A stretch of 26,095 bases of DNA from a virus (taxonomy: Duplodnaviria; Caudoviricetes). The translations under genes were made by a program, and so were the position numbers. Below the pieces are notes generated by a model. It did no database searches. It was not told the DNA's origin and worked only from the letters and a program-made list of their open reading frames with translations. The stretch spans positions 1 through 26,095 of the IMG/VR virus record IMGVR_UViG_3300006919_012066; one strand, 5' to 3'. Positions 7,899 to 19,595 of this stretch are shown here, one piece after another; the first letter of the stretch is position 1, and every line of letters starts with the position of its first letter.

Positions 7899-9692
7899 TT
7901 AAAATCCATTAATAACTGATATTACTGCTTTATCTACAATAATATTTGATGTACTTCATTGATTCGCTACAAATGCTTGTATAGTATCTGTAGGATTTAC
8001 AGTAAATACTCAAAGTGCAGTAACAGAAGTAGGTGTAGAATTTTCTGTACCTGAGATAGTCTTTGTTTGTTCTGTACCATTTATTGCAATAGCTAAATTG
8101 ATTTCATCAGATCATCATCATACTTTAGAGACAGTGCTAGTAATAATAACTTGTATTTTAGTAGCAGTAAGTCAATTATAAGTAATTAATCATGCTGTAG
8201 ATACAGTAAATCTCTCAGACACATCACTTGCCCAATTTGTTCAATTTATAGGTACAAAGACACCTATTGTTCCTATGGTTACTGTTTCTTGTGCTGTTAA
8301 AAAAGCATCAGCAGTTTTAGAACTATTAGCAACTGGAGGACTGTTTAATATTTCCCATTGTACATTACTAGATGAAATATTATTAAGTGGTGTAATAACT
8401 CATATATAAGCATTACTTAATACTCTACCTTGTAATCAAGCTGTTAAATTACCATTATTTGCTAATCACGATAATCATATACTACCTGCTGTTAATCATA
8501 CATTAATAAAATTCTCTAAAGTACAAAAATTAGTAATTACAGTAGTTCATAAATCTAATCAAATATATGTAGCAGATGTAGCACTACCGAATAAGACTTC
8601 TTGTATAGTAACAATCCCTACAGTCGTACCTGCTATACTAATACCATCATTCAAACCTATTCATGAAGTAGAAGTAAAAAAGTTCATATTCCTAACATTA
8701 AATACAGCAATATCTGTAAATGTTCCAAATTTCTCACATACAGGTAGTAATTGATTACTGACATATCAAAACATAGAAAATACTACAAACTCTGTAACAG
8801 GTGATCAAGGTGTATCTGATACATTCCATATTTGACTAGCATTTGGACAACTTACTGCTAAATTATCTATTCTTATCAATCAAGAGTCTACTCATGTAAA
8901 CATATCTCATGTACCTGTATATGTCCATACATTTCAAGGAAGAGGTCAACCATTCTGTCCTAATATCGTAGGGTTCTTACCTAGAATAACTCTTTTAGAT
9001 GTTGAAAAAGAAGAACCTATCTCTACTACTACATTATCAGCTAAGGTAATTGTCGTTGCATCTTGTGTTGGAAAATCTGACTCTTGATTGATAATAAGTT
9101 TATTAGAAGCTACATTAGATATAGTACCTCATGGTAAAATAATTCCTCAATTTTCTATAGTTAAATCTCCATCTACTGTAGTAGTTTTTAATGTTGTATC
9201 TCAAGTAACATCTAAAGTTCAATCTATAGTTGTACTTCATAAAGCTCAACCTCATGATTCAGCTCAATTTCTTATAATAAAATATTCTCATGTTGGGATA
9301 GCTCTTGTGAAATGAAATGTTGTTGCACTATTCCAAATCACATCTGTTCATTTTAAAGTTCAAGTCCTATTAAGTTCAATATTAAGTGTTGGAGAAGCTT
9401 GAAAATCATTTGCACTTACTCATAAAGTAGTAATATCTCAACTACTTCATACAGTTCTTGTACAAGTTCAACTTATACTTCATGCTCATGTAGCTAGATT
9501 AATTACTTCTCATGCAGCAAAATCACTTGTTACTACAAATGTTACTTTTCTAAATGTTTGTCATTGAGTTATAAATTTATCTACTCATATAACTTTTACA
9601 TTATCTCCATCTTCACTATCTGCTAACATTAGTTGGTCTGCACTAACTAAATTAGTAGTTTTTTTAGGAAATCAACTTGGAAAACTTGTCAT
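7899..9692 (-). CDS. Tail fibre/spike, receptor-binding protein, 597 aa
   Basis: N-terminal anchor-like LVSADQLMLADSEDG, Gly/Thr/Ser-rich beta repeats, C-terminal beta-sandwich-like domain (GLITYIG...INLAIAING...FTVNPTDTIQAFV). Confidence 0.75.
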
Positions 9693-9709
9693 AGTCTTTT
9701 AGTTAAAAA

Positions 9710-9874
9710 TTAAGTCCATTCTGTTTGGATTTTTGGTATAAAGTCTCAAAATCATTCTACTTCTATTTGGACATTGTTTACATCTAATATATTAACATCA
9801 TTTACATCTACTAAAGGTGAAAATCTATTGTATCTTTCTCTATCCCAATTACTATTTATTTCTTCTCTTCACAT
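9710..9874 (-). CDS. Hypothetical protein, 54 aa
   Basis: MGREEINSNWDRERYNRFSPLVDVNDVNILDVNNVQIEVEGFGDFIPKIQTEWT*. Confidence 0.6.
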
Positions 9875-9902
9875 AGTATAACTATTAAATTATAATTTAC
9901 CA

Positions 9903-10181
9903 TTATTTTTTACATTTCCATCTCTTTAATGCAAGAGCTTTTCTTGTTGGTTTTCATTTACTATCTTTCATAGGTCATTTTACTCAACTCATTCTTGCAC
10001 AAAAACTCTTTCTTCTTTTAGCTGCTTTACTTCATGCTTTTACTTTTCATGTAACAGGAGCTTTTAACTTACTTCAAGTAGCTTTATTGTATTTCTTTCT
10101 ACCTTTTTCAGTTAAACCTCATTTTTTACTCTTCTCTCATCTTTTCACAGATAGAGATACATTTTTCTTTTTAGTAGGCAT
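9903..10181 (-). CDS. Basic conserved phage protein, DUF6321-like, 92 aa
   Basis: GGLTEKGRKKYNKATGSKLKAPV...RRKSFCARMSG...ALKRWKC matches the family pattern as I recall it. Confidence 0.75.
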
Positions 10182-10198
10182 AATATATTAGTTAAAAA

Positions 10199-10288
10199 TT
10201 ATTCAGTATCATTGTCACTATTTGATATTCATAGTAATATAAAGTATATACCTAATACTACTAATATAATAGTTATTATTCAAGTCAT
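10199..10288 (-). CDS. Single-TM micro-protein, 29 aa
   Basis: MTGIITIILVVLGIYFILLGISNSDNDTE*; overlaps stop of ejection gene. Confidence 0.55.
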
Positions 10289-12168
10289 AATTCATTATTA
10301 TCAGATAAGAGTTCTTCTATTTCTACCTTTATAGCTTGTAGATCTGGATTAGGAGTTTTTTCTAATACTTTATTTATATTAATTAATGATTTTCCTAAGA
10401 ATTTTCTTGTTGTAGGATGAATCATTCATTTAATTAATCAAATTCCTGTTAATCAAGCAACTCATATACCAGCTATAGCAGGAGCAAGTGTTGTTAATGT
10501 TGCTCATCACAATAATCAAGCTCAAGTAACTAATTCTCACTTGATTCAAGTATACTTTTTAATTTTTTGCATCAATCTTCATAAACCACTACTAGCTTCT
10601 AATCTTGCTTTAGGAGCAATATTATCTATGGCTCTATATAAGTTTGATTGTTTCTTAAGAGTTTCTTTTACAGGAATATCTATAGCCTTAGTATCTATTA
10701 GATCATTAGTATTAGTTCTAATACTCTTTAATGCAATAGTAAGAGCATTTTCCTTGTCTCCAGTAAAAGCATTTGGTTTTTGTCATTTAATCCAGTTATC
10801 AAGTGCTTTTCTAGCATTTAATAATCATAGTGCTGTTCATGGTTGTTCATCTACTAACTGATTAAACTTATTCAATATTTTTGTAGCTGTTTTTTCTGCA
10901 TCTCATACAAGCAAAGGATTATCAGCTAATTCTTTTTTAACATTTTTAATAATAGTTGATCTAGTTTCTTTTTTAGGTATTAATATAGGACTTGCGCTCA
11001 GTTGTTCTGTTAAATCATCACTTAGTTTTCAGATCTCAGCTAAAATACTATTATTGTTCTCTAATATTGTTTTATTAGATCATATTCATGGAACTGCTTT
11101 TATATCTTTTACAATATCTAACTCTTGTTTTGTTAATCATACTTGTCTACCACTAAATATTCATCATTCAGTCACTTTTCATTTACTTATATCTGAAACA
11201 GCCTGTTTTTTATTTGCAATAGGCTGTATAAGTTCATTAACAAAATCATCTGTTTTTTTCTTTACACTTTTCTTAGCAGATTCCTCTAACACTTCTCCAA
11301 CTCATCCTATTCACTTTCCTACTGTTTTTGTTCCAAGTCATCATATAGCTCAAATAGGAGCAAAAGATAATATATTTCAAATTGATTCTAGTTTTCTTGC
11401 TTCTTTTGGGTTTTCCTTAGCAAAGTCTTGATATGCCTCAACAGATGTTTGTAAAGCTTGTAATCATTGCTGTCATATATCAGATTGTAATAATTTTGTT
11501 CAGGCTGTTCAAACTGCTTCTTTTATAGGTTCTTCTATAAAATCTGGTGTTATAGCACTTAGTCATTTACCTAGTAAGTTAAATCATTGCACTACTCATT
11601 CTCATATAATATCTCAAAGTCCTCATGCTACTTGTCATGCTACTTCCAGTTCTGTTCAATATCATGGAATCAATACCTCTGCTGCTGTTCTTTCTGTAGT
11701 AAATGCTTCTTTTATCTTTTCTCATCTTTCTAGTAATTTAGATCATAATCATTCCCTATCTTCTGAAACCTTATCATCAATAAATTGTGATTGAAAATCT
11801 TCTAAACCTACAATTGTAACTCAATCTTTAGTAATTTGTTCTCAAAATCAATTTAATAACTCTTCATCTGATATTCATTCATATTCTCAGGATGCTTTAG
11901 CATTATCTATTATTTCAAAAAAGTTCTCTTGACTTATTATGGTATCTTCTGGCTGTCAGTTTTGTTGTACTAAATTCTGTATAACTTGTTCTGTTCATGT
12001 AACTCATTGTCAAGCTTTTATATCTTCTATTTGTGTTTCAGTAGCCTGAGAAAATCCTCAAGTTAATTCTACTTCAGGTTTTTCAGGTTCTTGACTCATT
12101 AGACTAGGGTCTTCTAGTCTTGTTGGGTCTTTCTTAAAATCTATTCATATATCAAAGAAATCTGCCAT
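10276..12168 (-). CDS. Putative DNA ejection/internal virion protein, 630 aa
   Basis: Long code-25 ORF, acidic N-terminus, Gly/Ala-rich amphipathic segments and hydrophobic C-terminal region; position after nozzle as in P22/T7-type podoviruses. Confidence 0.65.
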
Positions 12169-12170
12169 AA

Positions 12171-14882
12171 TTATTTATTAGGATTAAAGTTTCTCCAGTC
12201 AAATACTTTCTTGTTTTGGTATGAAGCATAAGCGTCTGTAACTGATACACTACTTGCTTTAGTAGATTGTTTGGGTACTTTTCATTGTAATTCTCATTCA
12301 ATTACTTCTAACTCTTTATTAATTTGTCTTAGTTTTCATTCAAATCAACTTGTATCTACTCAACTTCTTGCTAAGTCAGTAAGATTTGTTTCTAATCATC
12401 TCTTTACTAGTCTTAGGGTCATTCCTAACATAGCCCTATTAACATCTTCTGTTTGTGTTAGATTTGGTACAGTTTGCCTATATAGTTCGACATCAGCTTC
12501 TGTTAATACTCACACTTCTCAATACACTCATCTAGCTAAATTTGGAATAAGTGAAGTGATTTGCGCTTTTAGTTTTTGAGCAGTGACATCATAAGGGTCT
12601 TTACTTCTTAATAATCACACAAAAGGTCAAGTTCATTCTCAAAACATTCATCATGTTCATTCTGTAATAGTTTCTTGTATTTCTCATAATGAATTTAAGA
12701 CTGCACTAAATTTTCTTATTTCTTTATTATCAGTTGCACTCATATCTTTTCATCATTTACTATATGCAATAACCTCAAAAGGATCAGCATTAGGGTCAGT
12801 GAATACTTTATTTTGTGCTTCAACTATTGCTTTAAATTGAGGGTCATTTTGTCTTTTAGCCTTTTCACTAGCAGTTAAGCTATTAAATACACTTAAATCA
12901 GATATACTAAAAGAAACTTCTTTCTGAGTTTCAAACCTGCTTAAATCAACAAAACCACCATCACTATTACTAATTTGAGATACAGGTATAGAGTATATAT
13001 TCTTTTTACCATCTCATTTTGCATTCCAGTCTGTTATTTCCACCATTCAAGTAGATGGATTATATCAACTAACTATTCAAACATGTCCATTTTCTCAATA
13101 TGTACCCTCTGTTGTTGGATTCCATACAGCCAAACCTCATACCTTAGGAGTTTGGCTATTGATATATTTTTGTTTAGACTTGTAAGTATCTCCCATTCTA
13201 ATTCAAGTAACATTAGATGCATTTAAGTAGTTATTTACTGCTTCTCAGCATTGGTATCATGGTGTTTTACTTCTACTTTTATATGTTTCTACAGCAGATA
13301 TTCAGTTTTGAACATTAATATTAGTATTTAGATTATTCTGTCAATTAACTCAATATGAAAAGAAGTCTGGTTTTCTTCAGTCATCATACATTCTTAATAC
13401 TTCAAATCATCCTTCTTTATTCTTACTTACTGTATCAGAAAATCACTTTTGTTTTGTAATTCATACTACTTCTCAAGTATTTGATAGAACAGGATTTGCT
13501 TTTCAATCAACTAAGTATAACAAGTTACCATTTCTATCTGTTTGATATACTCATTTCTTATTCATTGCTTGGTACTCTCTTTCATTCTCAATAAGAGTTG
13601 TTTTAAATGCATTAGCTCTATTCTCTGCTTGTATTTTACTTTGTTCTTGAAATTCTAATAAAGCTATTTTATCCATTCTAGCTCTATCTGTGTTATATTG
13701 TTGCAAAGCAGTAGTATATAATTGTCTTTGTTGACTATCTTCAAACTGAGCTATTTGTACTTCTCTGTCTAAATCTCATTTTAAATCATTATAAGTACCT
13801 AATTTAGCATTATATTGATTAATTAATGTATTTTTTTCTCTAACAATATCCTTTCTTCTTCTTCTGATTATAGCATTTTGAGTAGGTGTATCAAGTCTAT
13901 TAAATTCACTTCTAACATCTTCTTCTAAAATGTCTAATTCATCATCTATTTCATTAATCTCATTTTGTAAGCTTTCTAATCATTCTCTAGTAGATTTTAA
14001 TTCAGGATTATTTTTAGCTTCATCTAGTTTTTTTCTTAAATCAAAACTAAATAATGAGTTTAAGTTATTAGTTATAGCATCTAATGATAAAACATTATTA
14101 TTATCAGTTGTAAAGTCTGTCTTTTTAGTAATATTTAGTTTATTAAACTGTTCAAATCTTCTTCTTTGAGCTTCTGGTAAAGAATTATATTGTTCACTTC
14201 ATATAACTAAAGCTCAGCTTTCTGCTGCAGCTCTCATCTCATCATTTGTAGCTCAGTTATATTTCTTAAAGAACTCTGCATCTGATTTTTGTTTGAATCT
14301 TGATTTAACTATACTTGTAAAATCCCCTCTTAAAGATGGGTTATTTGTACTTAATTCTTTAGCTAAATCTAAATTTCCAGAATCTATAGCTTGTGTAAAT
14401 GATGTTAAAGCTTTTCTATTAGCTTCTTCTTGTTGAGCTGTTTCAGTTTCTTTAATAGCAAGTTGTTTTGTTTTGATATCTTCAGCAGTTTCTACTTTCT
14501 CAGCTATTACAGGTGCTTTTCTTTCCTCTTCAATTCTTGTGATAATATCAGGTTCAGCAACTCATTCTTCTCTTAATGCTTGCACTCTTTTAATTTCTTC
14601 TTCTCTTTTTCTTCTTTCTTCATTTACTGCTCTAATATCAACAGGTTCTTCTATAGTTGGTGTAACTTCTTCCTCAGCTACTGCTACTTCTGGAGTAGTT
14701 GGAGCTTCTGTGGTCACTACTCATTCTTGAATAGGCTCTAAAGGAACTGTAGCTTCTTGTGCTTCTACAGATGTTTCAGGAGTAGTTACCTCTGGAGTAA
14801 TTGCTGTTTCATCTATCTTTGTTTTAATTTCTTCTGCTTCTGTTGCTCAAGCTCCTGTTGTTATGTTATCTCAGTTAGCCAT
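12171..14882 (-). CDS. Putative ejection protein with embedded CHAP peptidoglycan hydrolase domain, 903 aa
   Basis: P/T/E-rich N-terminus, coiled coil, CHAP motifs PGYQCGEAVNNYL...TPKVGGLAVW...GHVGIV...ITDWN (about 12960-13280), C-terminal GVLTEADVELY. Confidence 0.75.
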
Positions 14883-14902
14883 AATCTTTAGTTATTTATA
14901 TT

Positions 14903-14930
14903 AATATAATCATTTTATCTATAAAGACAA
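14903..14930 (-). promoter_or_regulatory. Promoter TTGTCT-N16-TATATT
   Basis: Intergenic, upstream of ejection genes. Confidence 0.45.
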
Positions 14931-14932
14931 GT

Positions 14933-15412
14933 TTATTTATATGCTGTTATCATTAGGAACACATCTGCTGTACTATCAGTAAAATTTAATTCTATTCAGT
15001 CACTTATAAAAGTATTATGATTTGCTTCTGTTTCTCATCATCATGGTTGGTTAACATGAAAAACTCTTAATACTCCTCATGAGAATGAATTACTTTCTCA
15101 ATCTGCCATCTGAAATGTTCTTTCAGTAGTTCAATCATATAATCATATACTTCATGTTATATCAAGTGACAATCATTGACGCCATGCAGTAATACTATAA
15201 CTAGATGGAGTAAATCCAAATCAAGTAAACTGTTGTAATCAAGTTCATACACTTGCAGCTCTTGAAAAGTTTAATGCTTTCACTCATCATCAAGCACTAG
15301 CTCATCTTACACTTACATTTCAATCTAACTTCTCAGGTCATAATCAAGGAATGTCTGATTCAAAGTTTTCATCTGGTAAGAAATCTGGTTTAAATTCTTT
15401 TTCTGTTGCCAT
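14933..15412 (-). CDS. Putative tail component, 159 aa
   Basis: Coupled (TAATG) to nozzle gene; GTGLQQFTGFGFTPSS beta-rich motif. Confidence 0.55.
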
Positions 15413-16842
15413 TAGTCTTTAATTATTTCATAAACTATTTTTAATCAATGGAATTTTGGATTTCAACTTACTCTTGTAAAATCTATTCTAAAATTTACAT
15501 CTGTCCATTCTTTAGTGTGTTCAGAGATTATTGTTCTTAGTGAATCTCATTCTTGGTCTATTGTTCTTATATCCTCATAAGCTCATTGATCATAACTAGC
15601 ACTTAATTTAACAGTATTATTCTCATCTGTTCAACTAGTAGTAATATAGATTCTTTTTAATTTCTTTTTAATTAATCTATCTCATCAATCTACTATTGGT
15701 AGTATCATATATCAAGAAGTTTGTTTTGTCCCTCAAATTTCATATTTTACTATTTGTTCAATTCAATCTATAGCTACTCATATAAATAATGTATCTAATC
15801 AAGGTCATTGAAAGCCATATAGGCTTGTTATTATACTAGATGAGATAGGGTTAATAGGGAAAACTTCTTGAAATGCATCTCAGAGTCATCTAACTTTGTT
15901 TCAGAAACTCCATAACGCATCATAAGTTCCATTTTCATTAATAAAATAGATGTTATCTCATATTCTTCATAATTGAGTTGGTCTATCCATTCTAGTTTTA
16001 AATTTAGGAATGGTTAATCTAGGAGAATCATATTGAAATCATATAATAGGAGCTGAATATCCAGAAGTTATATGTAAATTAGTTTGAGTTGAATTAAATC
16101 AAGATACCATAAAGTCAGTTTGTCATTTATTCTTACTTCATCTTATAAAATCATCTATTTTATAGGATTCATTAACTCATCAAGCTTCAAATGTCCAAAA
16201 TGCTACTGTTCAATCACTAGAGTATACTTTAAACTGACTTCCTATTTTTTCTATTCACACTATAGAATCTGCAAATAAATCATAAGTGGTTACAGCATCA
16301 TTGATATCTAATGTAATAAGCTTTCCTCAAACTCAGATAATTAATACTTGGTCATTAAAGTTATAAACAGGATATTTACTTCTTAAAGTTCAATCTGGAA
16401 ATGTTCAAGCTGATGGTGTAATAGTTTCTGTTACACTTGATATAGATGTATTTGTTTGATCCATTTTACCAACTCTGATTTGTCATGTTCAAGATGGCCT
16501 AATAAAATAAACAAATCATCACATATTAGTTGCATTTACTACAGCTCTTCAATCTGAAAACGTAAAATCTGGAGTATCATCTGTTCAATCTGATTTATAA
16601 ACTACTCAACTATCTCAAGCTCAAACTGCTGTTCTATTTCATCAAGTGTCTTCTACATAAAACCAACATAGAATATTCTTATCTCAAGTAGTAACTAAAG
16701 AAGTATATCATGCATCTAGCTCAACTGAATAAGTCTCTTTATTTAAATCTAATCAAGAACTATACAAAACCTGATTGGATTTTGTTTGATAATCATCTTG
16801 AGCTATTCATTTAAAAAATCATTGGAATTTTTGTATTGGCAT
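15412..16842 (-). CDS. Tail nozzle / packaged-DNA stabilisation protein (P22 gp10 / T7 tubular B-like), 476 aa
   Basis: Beta-propeller-like repeats, C-terminal GDRLIKKKLKRIYI motif, position after adaptor. Confidence 0.65.
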
Positions 16843-16844
16843 AT

Positions 16845-17549
16845 CTAAGTTTTAAGATTTATTGCATTTGGTAGTATTGCTTCAACAGGGTTATTATATC
16901 TATCCTTTATATTACTAATCATTTGAGTTAACTTTTGATTGAATTCATTAATAGAATCATTTTTCTCATTTGTTAATCCTTGCTGACTATATATATACTG
17001 CTTCATTCATACTGATAGAATTTGATGATATCCTCTTAAATCACTATTTCTTGGGAAGATAGTTGATTCGGCACCTCAAAGAACTAAATCTTGTAAAGTT
17101 ATTGTGGATTGTACTCTCATTCATGCTTCAACAGCTTCAGTAGGAGCTGGGTATATAAATATACTTCAATCTTTTATATCAAAAAATCATTCATCTGTAC
17201 TTAGCTTATTATTAATTCTTCATTCAGATGTTTTATAGCTTGCTAATGTATCTGCTTCTATTAATGTACTAAATTCATCTGTAGACTTCCATTTTACTTC
17301 AACTCTTTGAATCTTATTCATTCAGTTTGTAGTTGCTGTAGCTTCATTAAAAGTATATTCATTTTGATTTAATATAGTATCTGTTGTAAAGACATCCCAA
17401 AAATAGTCTTCATTTATATCCTCTATAATCCTATTAGCAATAGTATGATATACTATATTCAGATATCTTAACGCTTTTGTATCTGTTATTTGTATATCAT
17501 CTGTATGAGTAATATCTCTAGATAGTTCTATAACTGAATTAACATCCAT
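16845..17549 (-). CDS. Head-tail adaptor (tail tubular A-like), 234 aa
   Basis: Code-25 extension of track ORF 17322-17549; NQNEYTF and GSIFIYPAP motifs; follows capsid gene. Confidence 0.7.
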
Positions 17550-17609
17550 TTGTTGGTATATTAGTAAATAAACTCTTTACTTTATCTTCCACATTGTGAA
17601 AAATATAGC

Positions 17610-17636
17610 AAAAAGAGAGAGGTTTAAATCTCTCTT
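17610..17636 (-). terminator. Intrinsic terminator after major capsid gene
   Basis: AAGAGAGA/TCTCTCTT stem followed by U-run. Confidence 0.75.
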
Positions 17637-17640
17637 AGTA

Positions 17641-18591
17641 TTAAGTATTAGCACCTAAGCTTGAAGCAGATTCAACTCTATATAGAGCTTCCTCTTTAGT
17701 TATTGCTGAAGCAAGTCTTACTTTACCTCAAACAGATAACCTTTGGTGTAATGGATCTGCTGTACCTGCACTACCTAGTCCATTGATAAATGTTTCCATT
17801 CATCCAGACATAACAGTAGCATAAGCATCTCTACCTACAACATAAGTTGGGTAAACATCAACAGTACCACCAGCACCACCATCAGCAAAGAATTGAACAT
17901 TAGAAGATGCAACAACTCTTGCACCAAATAACATACCCATTTCTCATTTAAGTGGTTTTCTTACTTGTGAATCAGTATATTTATTTAAATCAATAAATGT
18001 ACCTATACCAGATTCTTGTTGTAAATCATAAGCAACATCTGGATGCATTATAGCAACATATGCTTCTCCATCAAAGAAAGGAGCATCATTACTTTTTAAT
18101 TTAGATACAGCTTCTGCTAATTTAGCAGCAGTTAATGTATCAGTAGCATCAACAGTTACTCTTGATGTAGCATCTCATCCATAGATAACATTTGTACCTG
18201 CATCTATTGCAGCTTGGATTACTTGATCAGCTTTATTAGCTAAATCTCTTCATAATTCAAATGCTGCTTCTTGTACAGCATCAACAGGAGCATCAGTTAG
18301 TACAACATCAGATAAAAGTGCAAAAGAACCATATTGATTTAATGTTACTTCAACATTTGTTAAAGAGAATGCAGTTTCAGTTGGAGTTACTCATTCAGTT
18401 AATTGAATTGCTGCACCATCTTTATTGTCAACAGTTGGGAAAGTATATTTATTCATTCCAAATGGTAATTGTTTTACCATTCAAGTTTGTTTGAAAAATA
18501 ATGCTCTTTCAAAGTTTCTGATAGCTTCTCTTTGGATAAATTCTCCTAAAGCACCAGAAGTCATTATATTTCAGGTTGTAGTAGTAGCCAT
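17641..18591 (-). CDS. Major capsid protein, N4-gp56-like family, 316 aa
   Basis: LTEGVTP...VTLNQYGSFALLSD, YVAIMHPDVAYDL, GEMGMLFGARVV, ADPLHQR motifs. Confidence 0.9.
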
Positions 18592-18631
18592 TGTATAATA
18601 TTTAGAAATTAATATATAGCTACCCTAACAA

Positions 18632-19195
18632 TTATCTTGCATTATTAAATCCTGCATCTTGAAACTCAGCAACAAGTTTTGCTTTTAAATCATCATCAGA
18701 AATATCAGCAACAGTTTTTGGTTTTCTAATTGAAGAAGGAGTATTTCATGCAACACTATATTTATTAGGATTGCTAGGTTGTGTAAATCCTATTCCTGCT
18801 ATAGTAGCTGCTTGTTCATAAGTTAAGCTTGGATGTTGTTCTAAAGTAGATTCAACAGCCTCAAGATTTTCTTCTCAATAAGTTTCAAGGAAATTATTTC
18901 TTTCATTTGCTTTCAAGTCATTCATTTTACTTTCAGCTATTGCTTGCTGTATTAATGCTTGTGCTTTCTCTTCTGAGAATTCTTTACTCTCAGCTTCAGC
19001 TTTCCACTTTTCAGCTTCAGCTTTCCACTTATTCTTTTCAGCTAATATTTTAGGTACATTAGATTTACCTTTTGTAGTAGCCTTAGTGTCTTTTGATTCT
19101 TCAGTTTGAGTTTCCTCTACTTCAGTTTCAATAGTTTCTTCATCTACTGTGTCTGCATTTATGCCTGCATCTTGGCTTTTAATTTCTTCTGTCAT
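18632..19195 (-). CDS. Capsid scaffolding protein, 187 aa
   Basis: Acidic N-terminus and coiled coil; directly upstream of capsid gene; reads through TGA at 18875. Confidence 0.75.
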
Positions 19196-19291
19196 AATAA
19201 GAAGTTATATAATAATTTATTGTGCAGTTGTTTCTGCTAGGTATTCAAAGAGTAGCAATCAACAAATCGTCATTTGTGAACTACATTCTCC

Positions 19292-19585
19292 TTAAATAGT
19301 TGGAGAATCAATCTTTATTGTTGGTTCATATTCATTTATAATCTTAGTTGGCATAACTACTATATCATCTATTAACTCTATCTTATTTCTTAATATGTCT
19401 GCATCACTAAATTTCTTTTCAACATCTATTCCTCTATAATCATATACTAAACTTCTAATACATATTTCTTTGTCTTTCTTTAGTTCATCAATTAAATATG
19501 CCCATCAATCAGAAGCCATTAGTGATTGCATTTTAGCTATCACTAATTGTTCTGGTGTTAATTCTGTTTGTTTTTTCTTTCACAT
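19292..19585 (-). CDS. Small head-module protein, 97 aa
   Basis: MGKKKQTELTPEQLVIAKMQSLMASDGWAYLIDEL...; between portal and scaffold. Confidence 0.7.
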
Positions 19586-19595
19586 AGTTTTTTAA

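Noticed and set aside
18990-19031. Tandem repeat encoding KWKAEAE twice
   Set aside because: Ordinary coiled-coil duplication within the scaffold protein
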